64,000 bases of DNA from Octopus sinensis (lineage: Eukaryota): assembly GCF_006345805.1 (NCBI RefSeq), contig NC_043013.1, forward strand, positions 24,986,001 through 25,050,000, read 5' to 3'. Below are positions 25,716 to 39,644 of the stretch, in pieces. Made by a program: the position numbers and the translations under genes. The first letter of the stretch is position 1. Every line of letters begins with the position of its first letter. The notes under the pieces are model-generated. The model was not told the origin of the DNA. It worked only from the letters and a program-made list of their open reading frames with translations, and ran no database searches.

Positions 25716-27196
25716 GTGTATATATATCATCATCAATTAATGTCCGTTTTCTATGCTGGCATGGGTTGGACGGTTTCAGTGAGGTCTGGAGAGCCAGTGG
25801 CTGCACCAGGCTCCAGTCTGATCTGGCAAAGTTTCTTCGGTTGGATGTCATTCCTAACGCCAACCATTCCAAGAGTGTAGTGGGTGCTTTTTACATGCCA
25901 CCAGCACAGGAGCCAGTCAGGGGGTACTGGTATTGGTCACGATTGGTTGGTACTTTTTACATCCCACTGGCACAGGAGCCAGTCAGGTGGACCTAGCATC
26001 GACCACATTCGGATGGTGCTTTATTTAGTTTCAGTCATTTGACTGCAACCATGCTGGAGCACCACCTTTAGTCAAAGTCATCGACCCCAGGACTTATTCT
26101 TTGTAAGCCTGGTACTTATTCTATTGGTCTCTTTTGTTGAACCACTAAGTTATGGGGAAGTAAACACACCAACATCGGTTGTCAAGTGATGGTGGGGGAA
26201 CAAACACAGACACACATACATATACATATACACATATATATATGACAGGCTTCTTTCAGTTTCCATCTACCAAATCCACGCACAAGGCTTTGGTTGGGCT
26301 GAGACTACAGTAGAAGACACTTGCCCAAGGTGCCATGCAGTTAGACTGAACCCAGAACCATGTGGTTGGGAAGCAAGCTTCTTATCGCACAGCCATGCCA
26401 GCATGTATTGCAGTGGTGTTTGAATTCAGAATGTAAATTCAAAAGAAATGCCATTAAGCATTTTTCCAAATGCAGTATTGATTCTGTCAGCTTTCCATCT
26501 TAGCAACAGAAATAATATTGGTTTGGTTTCAAATTTTGGCACAAGGCCAGCAATTTCAGAGTAGGGTTTAAGCTTATTATATCATCCCTACTGATCAACT
26601 GGTACTTATTTTATTGACACCAAAAATATGAAAAGCAAAATCAACCCCAGCAATAATAATAATAGTTTCAATTTTGGCACAAGGCCAAGAATTTCGGGGA
26701 AGGGGGTAAGTCAATTAAGTCAACCCCAGTACTTATTTTATAGACCCTTAAAGGATGAAAAGCAAAGTCGACCTGAGCAGCATTTGAACTCGGAATGCAA
26801 AATTGAAAGAAATGCTGCTAAGCATTGTTATCTGGCACAGTAATGATTCTGATAGTTTGTCACGTTAGCAGCAACAGTAATATTATTTTCTACACTAGGC
26901 ACAGAGAGAAAGTTGTGGCAAAAGAGTCAGCAGAAGTTCGCCATTACCTTCTGCCAGAGCCATGTGGAGCTTAGGTGTTTCGCTCATAAACACACACATC
27001 ACCCGGTCTGATATTCAAACTTGCGATACCACGACCACGAATCCACTGCTCTAACCACTAGGCCATGTCCCTCCACTAAATTACCATATTAGGATTGGTT
27101 TATTAGAAATAGTTAAGTTTTTTAAGCATGTAATTTAAATGCTTAAAGTTAAAGAATTTTAATTTTATGCAGATGAAGTGAATCAATGGGGTAGTT

Positions 27197-27684
27197 CAGT
27201 GGTCCCAACCTTTTTACTACGAAGGACCCCTTTATTTAAATGAGTTTTCTCACGAACCCCTTTTAATATGTTAATCCTTATATATATTTATTCTTTTATT
27301 TGTTTCAGTCATTTGACTGTGGCCATGCTGGAGCACTGCCTTTAGTCAAACAAATCGACCCTAGGACTTATTCTTTGTAAGCTTAGTACTTATTCTATCG
27401 GTTTCTCTTTGCCGAACCGCTAAGTTACAGGGGCGTAAACACACCAACATCGGATGTCAAGTGATAGTGGATGGAGACAAACACAGATACACAAACATTC
27501 ACACACACATATATACATATGCGACGGGCTTCTTTCAGTTTCCATCTACCAAATCCACTCACAAGGCTTTGGTCAGCTTGAGGCTATAGTAGAAGACACT
27601 TGCCCAAGATGCCACGGAGTGGGACTGAACCCAGAACCATGTGATTGGTAAGCAAGCTACTTACCATACAACCACTCCTGTGCC

Positions 27685-27717
<33 letters not shown>

Positions 27718-27800
27718 GAAATTTTAAATTTAGTTGTCAGACCCCAGTACTACCTTTGCAGACCACTAGGGGGCCACGGACCACAGGTTAGAAACCACTG
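27197..27800. mobile_element. hAT (Charlie/MER5-like) MITE with a nested SINE
   Basis: TIRs CAGTGGTCCCAACC / GGTTAGAAACCACTG; 8-bp flanks GGGTAGTT / GTGTAGTT (7/8 identical TSD). Family A SINE inserted at about 27290-27686. Confidence 0.8.
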
Positions 27801-29137
27801 GTGTAGTTCATTTCTGAAGTTGAGCATTAGTTGCATGTGAGCTTGTTAGGATCGTGACTTGACTGCCGATTAAACTCGTCACTGAGAGAAGTTATAACTA
27901 TAAGACAGCAATTTCTGATCATATGAGTGAACAAGGTGTAAGAGTGGGCAACTGTGCTGTTGACCTAAATGAGTATTAGGTCAGCAGTGATTAAGAATGA
28001 GTCACAGATTAAGAGTGAGAGAGAGAGAAGGTTAGAAATATTGTGTCTACCATATTTATTCCTGTATAATCTTTTGTCCTTTACTAGTTTCAGTCACTGG
28101 ACTATGACCATACTGGAGCACCAGTCAGAATGGATTCTGTTGAACAAACTGACTCCAGTGCTTTTTCCTTTTAAGCTTCATACTTATTCTATCAGTCACT
28201 AAAGCTGAACTTCAGAACTACAGGGAGGTAAATAAACTAACACTGGTTGAGAAGTAGTGATGGGGAACAAACACACACACACTAACACACGTACAAATGT
28301 ATACATGCACACACATACACAAATACAATGGGGTTCTTTCAGTTTCCACTTCCCAGATACCATCAATAAGGCTTATATCGGCCTGGGGCTATAGTAAAAG
28401 ACACTTGCCCAACGTGTCGTACAGTGGGACTGAACCCAGAACCAGGTGGTTGAGAAGCAAACTTCTTACCACACTAACCACAGTTGAAAAAAAAAATAAA
28501 AAAATAAAAACGATGATCATATGATTTTGAAATGCTGAGTTGCACTTTCACAGCCACACCAAGAGACTTCAAAAGAATTTACCTTTTGTTTCATTCCAGA
28601 TGTGAACTTTTGCAATCAATTTTTATACAGCAATTACAATAGCTCTGATTAAACACTATTTTCGTTTTTCCATACATCATAATGCTAAAGGAAAGTCAAT
28701 GTGGATTATACGCAAGACTTTTTCCCCCAGGATTTCAATGCCCCTAATTAAGAGTATGCATTATACATGAATGCATATTTATTATTCATGAATAAATATG
28801 GTACGACACATCTTGGAATGGAGACTTGAGAAAGCATCCTAAACACATAAGCACATAAAAGTATGACTAATTATTTAATCATTCATTTGTTTCAGTCATT
28901 AGATTGTGGCCATGCTGGAGCACTGCTCTGAAGGATTTTAGTCAAACGAATCAACCCCAGTTCTTAAATTTTTTCTTTTTTTTTTTTTAAATCCTGGTAC
29001 TTATAGTCAGTTTCTTGTCCCAAACTGCTAAGTTACAGGGATAATAAACACACCACCACCACCACTTGTTAAGCAGTGGGGGTCGAACATAAACACACAC
29101 ACACATGCATGCACATACACACATGAATATATATATA

Positions 29138-30355
29138 TTGGGTTGGCAACTAAGTTCCAGCCATCTTTTTAAATTTGGGAATTTATTGCATTTTTAAATT
29201 TTGGCATCTATTTTTTTCGAGAATTCTATTTTTGAATCATTTTGGAATCTATTTTGTTTCTTTTTTTCTTCTAGTTAATTTTAGTTAATTTTTGTTTATT
29301 TTCAGGTCATTAAAATGGAGTGTCAAGTTTAGAAAAATGAGCATTTTCGACACCTCCTTCTTTTGGCATTTAATCAAGGTTCTAAGGCCACAAAAGTTGT
29401 TCGCAACATTTGTGCTGTGAATGGAGAAGGTGCCATAGCTGAAAGAGCCACTTGTGATTGGTATGCCAAGTTCAAAAATGGAAATTTTGACCTCAAAGAC
29501 GCATCTCATTCTAGCCATCCAGTTGAGTTTGATGAAAAGCGATTAAACCAGCTTTTGCATGAAAATTCTTGTCAAATGACAAGGGAACTGGCAGAGAAAA
29601 CGGAATGCTCCCACACTGCTATAGAGAAACCTCTTTACTTGATGGGAAAGGTTCAGAAGTATGGAGCATGAGTTCTGCATGCTTTAAGTGACAACAACAA
29701 AAATCAACGAGCCACAATCTACACTTGGTTGCTTGCTCATCACCGCTCAACTCATGGACACAAGCAACAATTTCTTTACTGAATTGTTACTGGTGACAAA
29801 AAATGGTACCTGTACATCAATATGAAGCAGCGTAAGGAATGGCTTAGCCCCAGCAAACAAGCGACACCGCATGTGAAACAAGATCTTCATCTGCGTAAAA
29901 CGATGTTGTGTGTATGGTGGGACTGAGAAGGGATTATCCATTATGAATTGCTTGAACGGAACCAAACAGTCAACGTGGATCTCTATGTTCAACAGATGGA
30001 ACGACTCAAAGCAGCTATTCAAGAGAAAAGACCTAATCGGCAGCATGGAGTTCTTCTGCTGCACAATAACACTTGCCCTCATATCGCCAATATGACCAAG
30101 GAAGCCATTCAAACACATGGGTGGAAAGTGCCGCCACACCCGCTATATTCTTCTGATTTGGCACCAACGGATTTCCACATCTTTCGTCTTTCGATCTCTT
30201 TCAAATGCTATGCATGGAGTTTCGTTCAATGCAGAATTGAGAGCTTGGTTGGATCAATTTTTCGAGTCGAAATCGGGTGATTTCTACCAACGAGGTATTG
30301 AAAATCTTGTTGAACGTTGGAAAGAAGTCATAAACAAAAGGGTGAATACATTGTT
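29138..30355 (+). mobile_element. Near full-length degraded mariner (DD34D), mellifera-like transposase pseudogene
   Basis: 5' TIR TTGGGTTGGCAACTAAGT after TA (29136-29137). ORF from ATG 29315: EHFRHLLL, WYAKFKNGNFDL, IVTGDKKW, LLLHNNTCPH, YSSDLAPTDFH, GIENLVERW. At least four in-frame stops and a frameshift; 3' TIR not recognisable. Confidence 0.95.
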
Positions 30356-30859
30356 ATTTTTTATTAAACCTTTTAAAAAACAACAGCCAAATATCCCTCA
30401 GGTTATACCCTACTGTTATAAGAAAGGAAGGAACAGCCAGAGTAATATAGTCTTAGCTATGAATACTCAAAGGAAGGATGGGCCAAGATGGTCATGGCTG
30501 GAATGCTTTTGAGCATTGACCCATCTGATCAGTATGGCTGACCTGATAGCAAACAACAACTGCAGAATAGCCCCATAATGGCACATGGTTGAAGAATTTT
30601 ATAAATGGGTAAGAAAGCCATCATTTCTTTGTCCAGCTACAGGACTTAATATTGACTTAATGTTTTCTTGTAAAAACAGTCTTTAAGGCATATATCTTTT
30701 ACAGTTCTGCCACTTTCCATTGCAACAATAATTGGTAAAATAAGCAGGGCCAGGAACTGGCAAAGACAGAAGCAGCACCAGGTTTCATAGTCTGTTTTGG
30801 CATGGTTTCCCATGGCTAGATGTCCTTCCTAACACCAACCACTTAACAGAGTGTATAAT

Positions 30860-30898
<39 letters not shown>

Positions 30899-31091
30899 CC
30901 TTTCTACTGAAAGCTCAAGGCCTCAAATTTGGGAGAAGGGATTAAGTCAATTGCATCACTGGTACTAATTTTATCAACTCTGAAAGGATGAAAGGCAAAA
31001 CCTCAGTGGAATTTTACTTGGAACATAGCGGCAGATGAAATGCCACTAAGCATTTCACCTGGTGTGCTAACTATTCTGCCAGCACACTGCA

Positions 31092-31500
31092 GGACAAACA
31101 AGAGTGCCTAATAATTGACGTGGCAGTGCCAGGAGACCAACATATCATCATGAAAGAAAGAGATAAGGTTGATAAATATGGAGACCAGAGAAATGAGATC
31201 GCTAAGATGTGGCAGCTACAAGAGTCAAAAGGGTTATCCCAATTGTCATCAGAGTATTGGGTTCAATACGACCCAATCTGCAAAAGCATCTGAAAACCTT
31301 AGAAATACACTTCAATCTAAATGTATTGCAAAAGTCAGCATTACTTGGAAATGGATGTATATTGCGTAAAGTACTGTCTGTCTGAGGTCCTTGCTGTGAC
31401 TTGACAAACAGTACAAACCCCTGGGCAACACAATATCTTCAATCAACAACCTCAGGATATTCTATACTGTGCAACATTTAAATAATAAAAATAATAATTT
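31092..31500 (+). mobile_element. 3' end of an R4/Dong-type RLE non-LTR retrotransposon
   Basis: ECLIIDVAVPGDQHIIMKERDKVDKYGD...EIAKMWQL, then (frameshift) VIPIVIRVLGSI...LQKSALLGNGCILRKVLSV* (stop 31383-31385): a restriction-like endonuclease C-terminus. Short 3' UTR and (TAA)n-like tail. Confidence 0.85.
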
Positions 31501-31958
31501 ATTCTTTTATTAGCCACAAGGGCTCTTATACAAAAACATTAAAGGACATGCAACAACAGGACAATACAATAGGTTTTAGAGTGTGTAAAAAATATAAAAA
31601 ACAAAATTGAACAAAAGAATACCCCCAATAGGGGGAGGCACTTTAAGGTTCTTGTGGAAAAATCCACAAAAGCCATGGGTGCCTGATCAACAGGGCAAGA
31701 GCCCTTCCCCTTCAATTTTCTCACAGATGCATGCTCACATTGGCCATCTCACAGGTCCTTTCACATAGGCCATTCTTCTAACATTCACCCACCTTTTAAC
31801 AAATTTGCTACAAGACAACACTTCCCTCTCCACCCTCAATTTCCTTTTCAGGTGAAACTTGAAAAAGTTGATGAGGGTTTGGCCAAAGGGGAAAGTGTCT
31901 GCCTTTAGCCCTTTCAAACGGGTCTGCCATACTACCTCTTCTACCACAGCCACTAGAC
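31501..31958 (-). mobile_element. 3' end of an L1/Tx1-clade LINE
   Basis: LVAVVEEVVWQTRLKGLKADTF...LINFFKFHLKRKLRVEREVLSCSKFVKRWVNV is a typical Tx1 ORF2 C-terminus. 3' UTR ends GAGCCCTTGTGGCTAATAAAAGAAT. Confidence 0.8.
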
Positions 31959-31983
31959 AATGAAAAAAGTCAATAGTACTTAC

Positions 31984-32101
31984 TTAGCAACAAGACCTGA
32001 GAAATGTTGTGTCAACTGACACAACAGGTAAACCACAAACCACTCATCTTGAATATTGTCACCAAAATGGGTGCAGCCATGTAGATGATGTGGGGTGGAT
32101 T
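31984..32101 (-). CDS. ECD: Ecdysoneless homolog, coding exon 2 (118 nt)
   Basis: Not in the ORF track as a full exon. Acceptor TTTCTTTTCTTTCAG, donor GTAAGT. Translates (E)STPHHLHGCTHFGDNIQDEWFVVYLLCQLTQHFSGLVA(K), matching human [37 protein letters not shown]. Phase 1 in, phase 2 out. Confidence 0.96.
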
Positions 32102-32160
32102 CTGAAAGAAAAGAAACTCTTCGTTATTAAATGCAATATATTTTGAGATTGATTATCATC

Positions 32161-32212
<52 letters not shown>

Positions 32213-33937
32213 GTTTCAAATTTTACCACAAAGGCATCAAATTTTGGAGGGAGGAGATGAGTCAATTACATTGACCCCAGTGTTCAACTGGTACTTATTT
32301 TATGGACCCCAAAAGGATGAAAGGTAAAGTCGACCTCAGCAGAATTTGAACTCAGAACGAAGCAACTGGCAAAATACCGCTAAGTATTTTGCCCAGTGTG
32401 CTAACAATTTTGTCACCTCACCACCTTAGATGTTGATGATGATGATGATGATAATAATAATAATAATTTAATTTTGCATTTTTTTTTCTTGACCTTTGCT
32501 TTTTGTTTGTTATTCAACTGAATTTGTAAGTCATAGGGACATAAATATACCAAACTCACAAATCTTTGGTGACTCCAATGAGCCAAGCAGTAGGTTTGAA
32601 CCCAGAACCATGTGATTGGGAAGCAAACTTCTAACCATAAAACCACGCCTGCATCTGTTTTATTTTCATTTCCGACTCAATTTTTCTTTTCTTTTTATTT
32701 TCCCCTTTAACATGTAGGCACAGGCATGGCTGTGTGGTTAAGAAGCTTGCTTCACAAACATGTGTCTTCAGGTTTAATACCACTTTGCAGTACCCTGAGT
32801 GTATTCTACTTTAGCTTTGAACCAACCAATGCCTTGTCAGTGAATTTAGTAGATGGAAACTGTGTGGAATCCCACAGTGTATGAATGAGTGCAATTGTGC
32901 TTGAGTGTGCCTGTATTATGTACATGTGTTTGTATCTGTCTGTCTTTGTGTTTGTCCCCACCACTACTTCACAACTGATGTTGGTTTGATTACATCCCTG
33001 GAGCTAAGCAGTTTAGCAAAAAAAGACCATGAAAATAAATACCAGACTTAAAAATAAGAACTGCGAATCAATTCCATCAACAAAAACCATTCAAGGTGGT
33101 GCCCCAGTATGGCCACAGTCCTATGACTAAAATAAGTTAAAGAGTAACCATAGAAGTGTTTTTTTATTCTTTTTCCTATTCAGAATCTACTGTAAAAGTC
33201 CAAGAATAATCTTTCCTACCATAGGCACAAAGCCTGAAATTTGGGATGAAGGGGTGGGTCACTTAGATCGACCCAAGTACTCAGTTGGTATTTAATTTAC
33301 CGAACCCAAAAGAATGAAAGGCAAAGGAATGGCTGTATGGTAAGACACTTGCTTTACAACCACATGGTTCTGAGTTCAGTCCTACTGTGTGCCACCTTGG
33401 GCAAGTGTCTTCTGCTGTAGCCTCGGGCTGACAAAAGCCTTGTGAGTGGATTTGGTAGACAGAAACTGAAAGAAGCTCATTGTGTGTGTGTGTGTGTGTG
33501 TCCATTATCGCTTGACAACTGGTGTTGGTGTGTTTACGTCCCTGTAACTTAGCAGTTTGGCAAAAGGACCGATAGTATAAGCACCAGGATTAAAAAATAA
33601 GAACTGAGGTCAATTCACTCGACAAAAAAATTCAAAGCAGTACCCCAGCATGGCTACAGTCTAATGACCAAAACAAGTAAAAGAGAAATAATCCTTCGTA
33701 ACACATCATCAACATCATCATTTTAACATCCAAGGTCAAATGGACTTTGAGGTGGTTTTTCTACAGCCAGATACCCTTCCTGTCACCAATCCTCATCCGT
33801 TTCCAAGTAAGTTAATATTTCATCCTGGGCAGACATGCTTTTGCAGAAGATTGGAATTGAATGACATTCATTTACAATTCTCACATGATGCCAAGGCAAG
33901 GAGACACAAACACCCACACACATACATACAGACACCC

Positions 33938-34103
33938 CAGTGTCCCAACCTTTTCACTACCAAGGGCCCTTTTATTTCAATGAGTTTTCCCACAGGTCTC
34001 AGGATATTGAAATGTCTGTCAGTGTAACATGTTCATAGACCCATCCCCCTGTACTACTTTTGTGGACCACCAGAGGTCCGTTGACACAGGTTGGGAACCA
34101 CTG
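33938..34103. mobile_element. hAT MITE, uninterrupted copy of the same family
   Basis: CAGTGTCCCAACC ... GGTTGGGAACCACTG; internal sequence similar to the 27197 element. Partial relatives near 9417 and 62367. Confidence 0.7.
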
Positions 34104-35883
34104 ATAAACACACACACATGCACATACACACACACATATACAACAAGCTTCTTCCAATTTCGATCTATCAAATCCACCCACAAGGCTTTGGTCAGCCTGG
34201 AGTTATAGTAGAAGCTACTTGGCAACAGTGACATCACGACTCCTTTCTACAACTGAGCGAAATAGAGTGTCTTGCTCAAGAACACAAAACACAGCCCAGT
34301 CCAGGAAGCAAATTCACAACCTCATGAAGCTGACCCAGACACTCTAACCACTCTAATGAATAAACAAATATGCGTCATGAAGGCTGGAGAATCAAAATGT
34401 AAATAATGGTTGCAGAAAATTTAAGCATTCCACATGCAATTATGTTTTGACGGAAAGAGACACCAGACTTTTAGTCACTGATAACTCAGCAGCACTCTCG
34501 TACCAGCTTTTAATATTTCATTTTAGATAAAACTTACCCATCCATTTTCATTACCCACTATTCCTGGAAGTGTCTTGGAGGTAGAATCCTCAGGCACCTT
34601 CTCCATAGAATCCTCTAAGAGTTAACCATCATTACACTTTCCTGCTGGATTCCCAGGGCATACAGCTGTAGAAACCATGCCAAATCAGATTGGAACCTGG
34701 TGCAGCTTGCCAGCTTACCAGTTGTTCAGTCAAACTATCCAACCCATGCCATCATGGAAAACACACATCAAATGATGATGATGATGATCAGCTGAGACCA
34801 AGGATTCAGATTACTTTGTCAAGTGTAATATTTATTCACATTGCTTTGAATTACTCATATATTATCTTGTGGCTTTGAGATTTCAATGATGTGATTGTAT
34901 ATTTTTAGAATGTCATTATAGGGCAGGTATGAGAAGCTAGGTCTGGCCAGTTTGAACATAAAACATAAAACAAGTAGAATATTTGGGCCGGATGTGGCTA
35001 GTTTAAACGCTAATGGGATAACCTAACCATTACACTCATAGTCTATCCCTAGGTCTCCTGCCAGTTGGGTCCACTTGCAGAATCTAGCTTGCAACAACTT
35101 GAAGAGGGATGGACGAATTTTACTTGGTTAATTTGTCATACATACAAAATGTTAAGCAACACGCAAACACTCCAATAGGCTTCAGGTCTCACTATCGACA
35201 TTTTTAATATATTTTAAAGGAAATCATTATTACAGATGTAGTAATACGTTTGCGTTCCAACTACATAGCTTCAGGTTCAGTCCCACTCTGTGGCACCTTG
35301 GGCAAATGTCTTCTTCTATAACCTCAGGCTAAGTGGATTTGGTAGACAGAAATTGAAAGAAGCCCAACCCACTGTGTGTTGTGTTTTCTGTCACTGTTTG
35401 ACATTCGGTGTTGGTTTGTTTACATCCCCGTAACTTAGTGGTTTAGCAAAAGTGAGCGACAGAATAAGTACTAGTGAGGTTGATTTGTTTGACTAAACCT
35501 TTCAAAGTGGTGCTCCAGTATGACCACAGTCCAATGACTGAAACAAGTAAAAGCTAAAAGATAAATTAATATTTTAACATTTGTGTTTCCATGAGAGGAT
35601 GAGTCAGATGGATCAACCAAACAGGATATCACCAACTGCTTCAATCTTTTGTTATCTAATTCCTGAAACTAAACATCCTGAGATGACCTCATCGTCTTGT
35701 TTCTCCTCCACTTTTAACATATAAGATCAAAGATAAAAGGACTAAGATCCTTTTTTAAGTCAGTATGACTTATAGGGCCCATGTCCCAGTTTCTGTGATG
35801 TGTATATTTACCCCACTGGACGGGACACTGGATTACTCATTTTTTCTTGCTGAGTAGACTGTGGCAACATGAAAGAAATAAAG

Positions 35884-36275
35884 CGGTGAGCTGGCAGAAA
35901 CGCTAGCATGCCGGGCAAAAGGCTTAGCAGTATTTTGTCTACCGCTGAGTTCAAATTCCGCCGAGGTCGACTTTGCCTTTCATCCTTTCGGGGTCGATTA
36001 AATAAGTACCAGTTACGCACTGGAGTTGATATAATCGACTTAATCCGTTTGTCTGTCCTTGTTTGTCCTCTCTGTGTTTAGCCCCTTGTGGGTAATAAAG
36101 AAATAGGTATTTCGTCTGCCATTACGTTCTGAGTTCAAATTCTGCTGAGGTCAACTTTGCCTTTCATCTTTTTGGGGTCAATAAATTAAGTACCAGTTAC
36201 GCACTGGGGTCAATATAATCAACTTAATCCCTTGTTTGTCCCCTCTATGTTTAACCCCTTGTGGGCAATAAAGAA
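35884..36275 (+). mobile_element. SINE family E tandem dimer with Tx1-like tail, inserted in a V-domain-like SINE
   Basis: Head GCGGTGAGCTGGCAGAAACG, B box GAGTTCAAATTCC; each unit ends GCCCCTTGTGGG(T/C)AATAAAGAAATA; AAAGAAATAAAG occurs on both sides. Standard (ATT)n-tailed family E copies at 11505-11740, 20130-20530, 26530-26860, 30900-31085, 32210-32410, 37640-37860, 58310-58490, 60940-61380, 63255-63475. Confidence 0.85.
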
Positions 36276-37605
36276 ATAAAGTGCTTTCTTTAAGAACACA
36301 ATGTGTCACCGGGTCCAGAAATTGACACCACAATCTCAGGATCATTAATTCAACATCCAAACCACTAAGCCATGAGCCTCCACTTTTAACACAGAGCACT
36401 TCTTCAATCAACCCATTGTTTCACTGATGTTTCTGCAAAGCAAATCTTTCCCATTCATTGCTCATCATCATTATCATCATCACCATCAACATCATCATCA
36501 TCATCACTTAATGTCCACTTTCCCATGCATGGGTCAGATAGGAATTGTTTAGGCAGATTTTCTACAGATGGGTCCCCTCCCTGTCACTAACCCTCACTTG
36601 TTTGCAAGCAAGGTAATATTCCCCCTAAGCAACACGTTTTTCATGGGAGATTGGGAATGAACACCCTTGCTTGTATGATGATGATGATGCTCATTTTCTA
36701 CCATCATGTAATATCTACACACACACACATATATACACAATGAGCTTCTACACAGTTTTCACCAACCAAATTCACTCACAAGGCTTTGGTCATCACTGAG
36801 CCGTAGTCAAAGATACTTGCCCAAGATACTGTACAGCAGCGCCGAACTGAAGACCCCGTGATTGAAAGCAAGCTTATTAACAACACACCTGCACCTGCCA
36901 TGCATGTTGATATCATTTGGACATAAATCATACAGTTTACCTTCTCACAGAGAAAGAAAACCATTCATCACCATCATCATCATCATTGTTTAATGTCCGC
37001 TTTCCATGCCGGCATGGGTTGGACGGTTCAAAAGAGAACTAGCAAGCTAGGAGGCTGCACCAGGCCACAATCTGATCTGGCAATGTTTCAACAGCTGGAT
37101 GCCCTTCCTAATGCCAACTACTCTGAGAGAGTAGTGGGTGCTTTTTACATGCCACCAGCACAGGTGCCAGTCAGGCGGCACTGGCACAGCCACACTCAAA
37201 TGCTTTTTATGTGCCACCAGCACGGGTGCCAGTCAGGCAGAACTAGCATTAGCCATGCTCGAATGGTGTTATTTACATGCCACCAGCATGGGTGACATGA
37301 GGGCAGCACTGGTATCTGCCATGCTTGAATGATGCTTTTTACATGCAGCCAAGAATAAATAGTTCTCTGAATTTTTTCTGATACTTTTGATTCGAACTAA
37401 ACAAGATAGACAAAGAGGCCAAGAGTTCAAGAAACAATTACATAACATTATTATTATTATGCCAGGAGTTCAAATTCTGCCAAGGTCGACTTTGCCTCTC
37501 ATCCTTTCAAGGTCAATAAATTAAGTACCAGCTGAGTACTAGGCTCGATGTAATCAACTATCACCTTTCCCCAAAATTCCAGGCCTTGTGCTTATAATAG
37601 AAAGA

Positions 37606-37644
<39 letters not shown>

Positions 37645-37860
37645 GTGCCATGGTATGGTAGCAAGCTGGCAGAATTGTTAACAAGACAAGCAAAATGCTT
37701 ACTTGCATTTCATCTGTCTTCACGTTCTGAGTTAAAATTTTACAGAGATCGACTTTGCCTTTCATCCTTTCAGGGTTGATAAAATGAGTACCAGTTGGAC
37801 ACTAGGGTCAATGGAATCAACTTACCCCGCCCCTGAAGTTGCTGGCCCTGTGCCAAAATT

Positions 37861-38077
37861 TTAACCTTTTTGTTATTGTATTTCTGTTGAGACACTCTGT
37901 ATTTCTTTCAATTAATTTTAAATTAATAAGATAACTTAATTATCATTAAGCTAGCATTAGGAACATAAATTGTGACTAAGGTTTGGTGGAAGATTTTAAT
38001 TCAAAACGTATGAAATCAAGACATTTGTACTACAGAGCCAGAGGTGGTTTCAGCCAGGTTGGTATTGAAACGGTTAA
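37861..38077 (-). mobile_element. piggyBac-type MITE, family 1
   Basis: Reverse-complement copy of 6196-6425 with TTAA at both ends. Confidence 0.8.
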
Positions 38078-39578
38078 ACCATCATTATGCCATGGTAAAT
38101 TATTTCTAAGCCTAAACACTTTAACTTATCAATGTCAGAAAAATTTTAAGACAACTTGAGATGTTTAACAAAAAATTCTATAGCAACATACCACCATTTG
38201 TACTTTCCTATAAATCTCTTGTAGAAAGTGTGACATTCGTCATTATTTACTTTCTGCATTTTCCCATTGACAAAAAAAAAAAGAAAACTGTGACAATATA
38301 ACAACCTACATTGCTATACAATGAAACAAATTTCACTGAAGTACTGTTCACGTCACACAAAGAGATTTATTTGCCTCACATATTTTTCTTATATTAACCC
38401 TTCAGCATTCAGACTAGTCATGTCTGGCCCAAATATTTTATCAGTTTTATGTTCAAACTAACCAGATTCAGCCTCTCACACCTTTTTTAATAAAGTTATT
38501 TTACTAAATTCTTTGTTATATTTTAAATTAATTGAAAGAAGCACAAAGCATCTCAAAATAAACACGGTAACACAAGGGCTAAATGATGATGATGGGTCCC
38601 TTGGTTAAGAAGTTTGTTTCCTAAGCACTTGATTCCGGGTTCAGTCCCACTGCATGGCACCTTGGCCAAGTGTTTTTGTCTTTAACATAGCTTCAGGCTG
38701 ACCAAAGCCTTGTGAGTATATCTGGTACATGGAAACTGAAAGAAGCCTATCAGATACATGTATATGTGTATGTATTTGTGCATGGGTCTGAGAGTGTATT
38801 TTACTGCCACCTTGCCTTGACTCTGCGTGACAGTCATAAACGAGTACCTCTGACATGCAAGCAGTGATGGCCATGGGGAAATATTACCTTGCTTAGAAAC
38901 AAGTGAAGGGTGGCAACAGGAGGGGCATCTGGCCATAGAAGACCTACCACGACAAATTCTGTCCAAACTATGCAAACATGGGAAAGTGGACATTAAAACA
39001 ATAATGATGGTGATGATGATGATGAGATTCCTTTCAGCAATAACTCAAAATATGACAATTTTTTTTTTATCTTTCACTTGCTTCAGTCATTAGACTGTAG
39101 CCATGCTGGAGCACCACCTTGAAGAAATTCTAGGCAAATGAATCTAATTCCAATACTTATTTATTTATTTATTTTCACCTGGTACTTATTCTACCAGTCT
39201 CATTTGCTGAACCACTAAGTTACAAAGATGTAAATACACCAATAGCAGTGTATATATCATCATCATCATCGTTTAACATCCATTTTCCATGCTAGCATGG
39301 GTTGGACGGTTCGACTGGGGTCTGGGAAGCCAGGAGGCTGCACCAGTCTGATCTGGCAGTGTTACTACAGCTAGATGCCCTTCCTAACACCAACCACTCC
39401 ATGAGTGTAGTGGGTGCTTTTTACATGCCACCAGCACAGGTGCCAGGGGAGGCTGGCAACAGCCTCGATCAGTTAGTGCTTTTTATGTGCCACTGGCATG
39501 GAAGCCAATCAAGGCAGTGCTGGCATAGGCCATGTTCGGATGGTGCTTTTTACATGCCACCGGCATGGGTATCACAAC

Positions 39579-39644
<66 letters not shown>

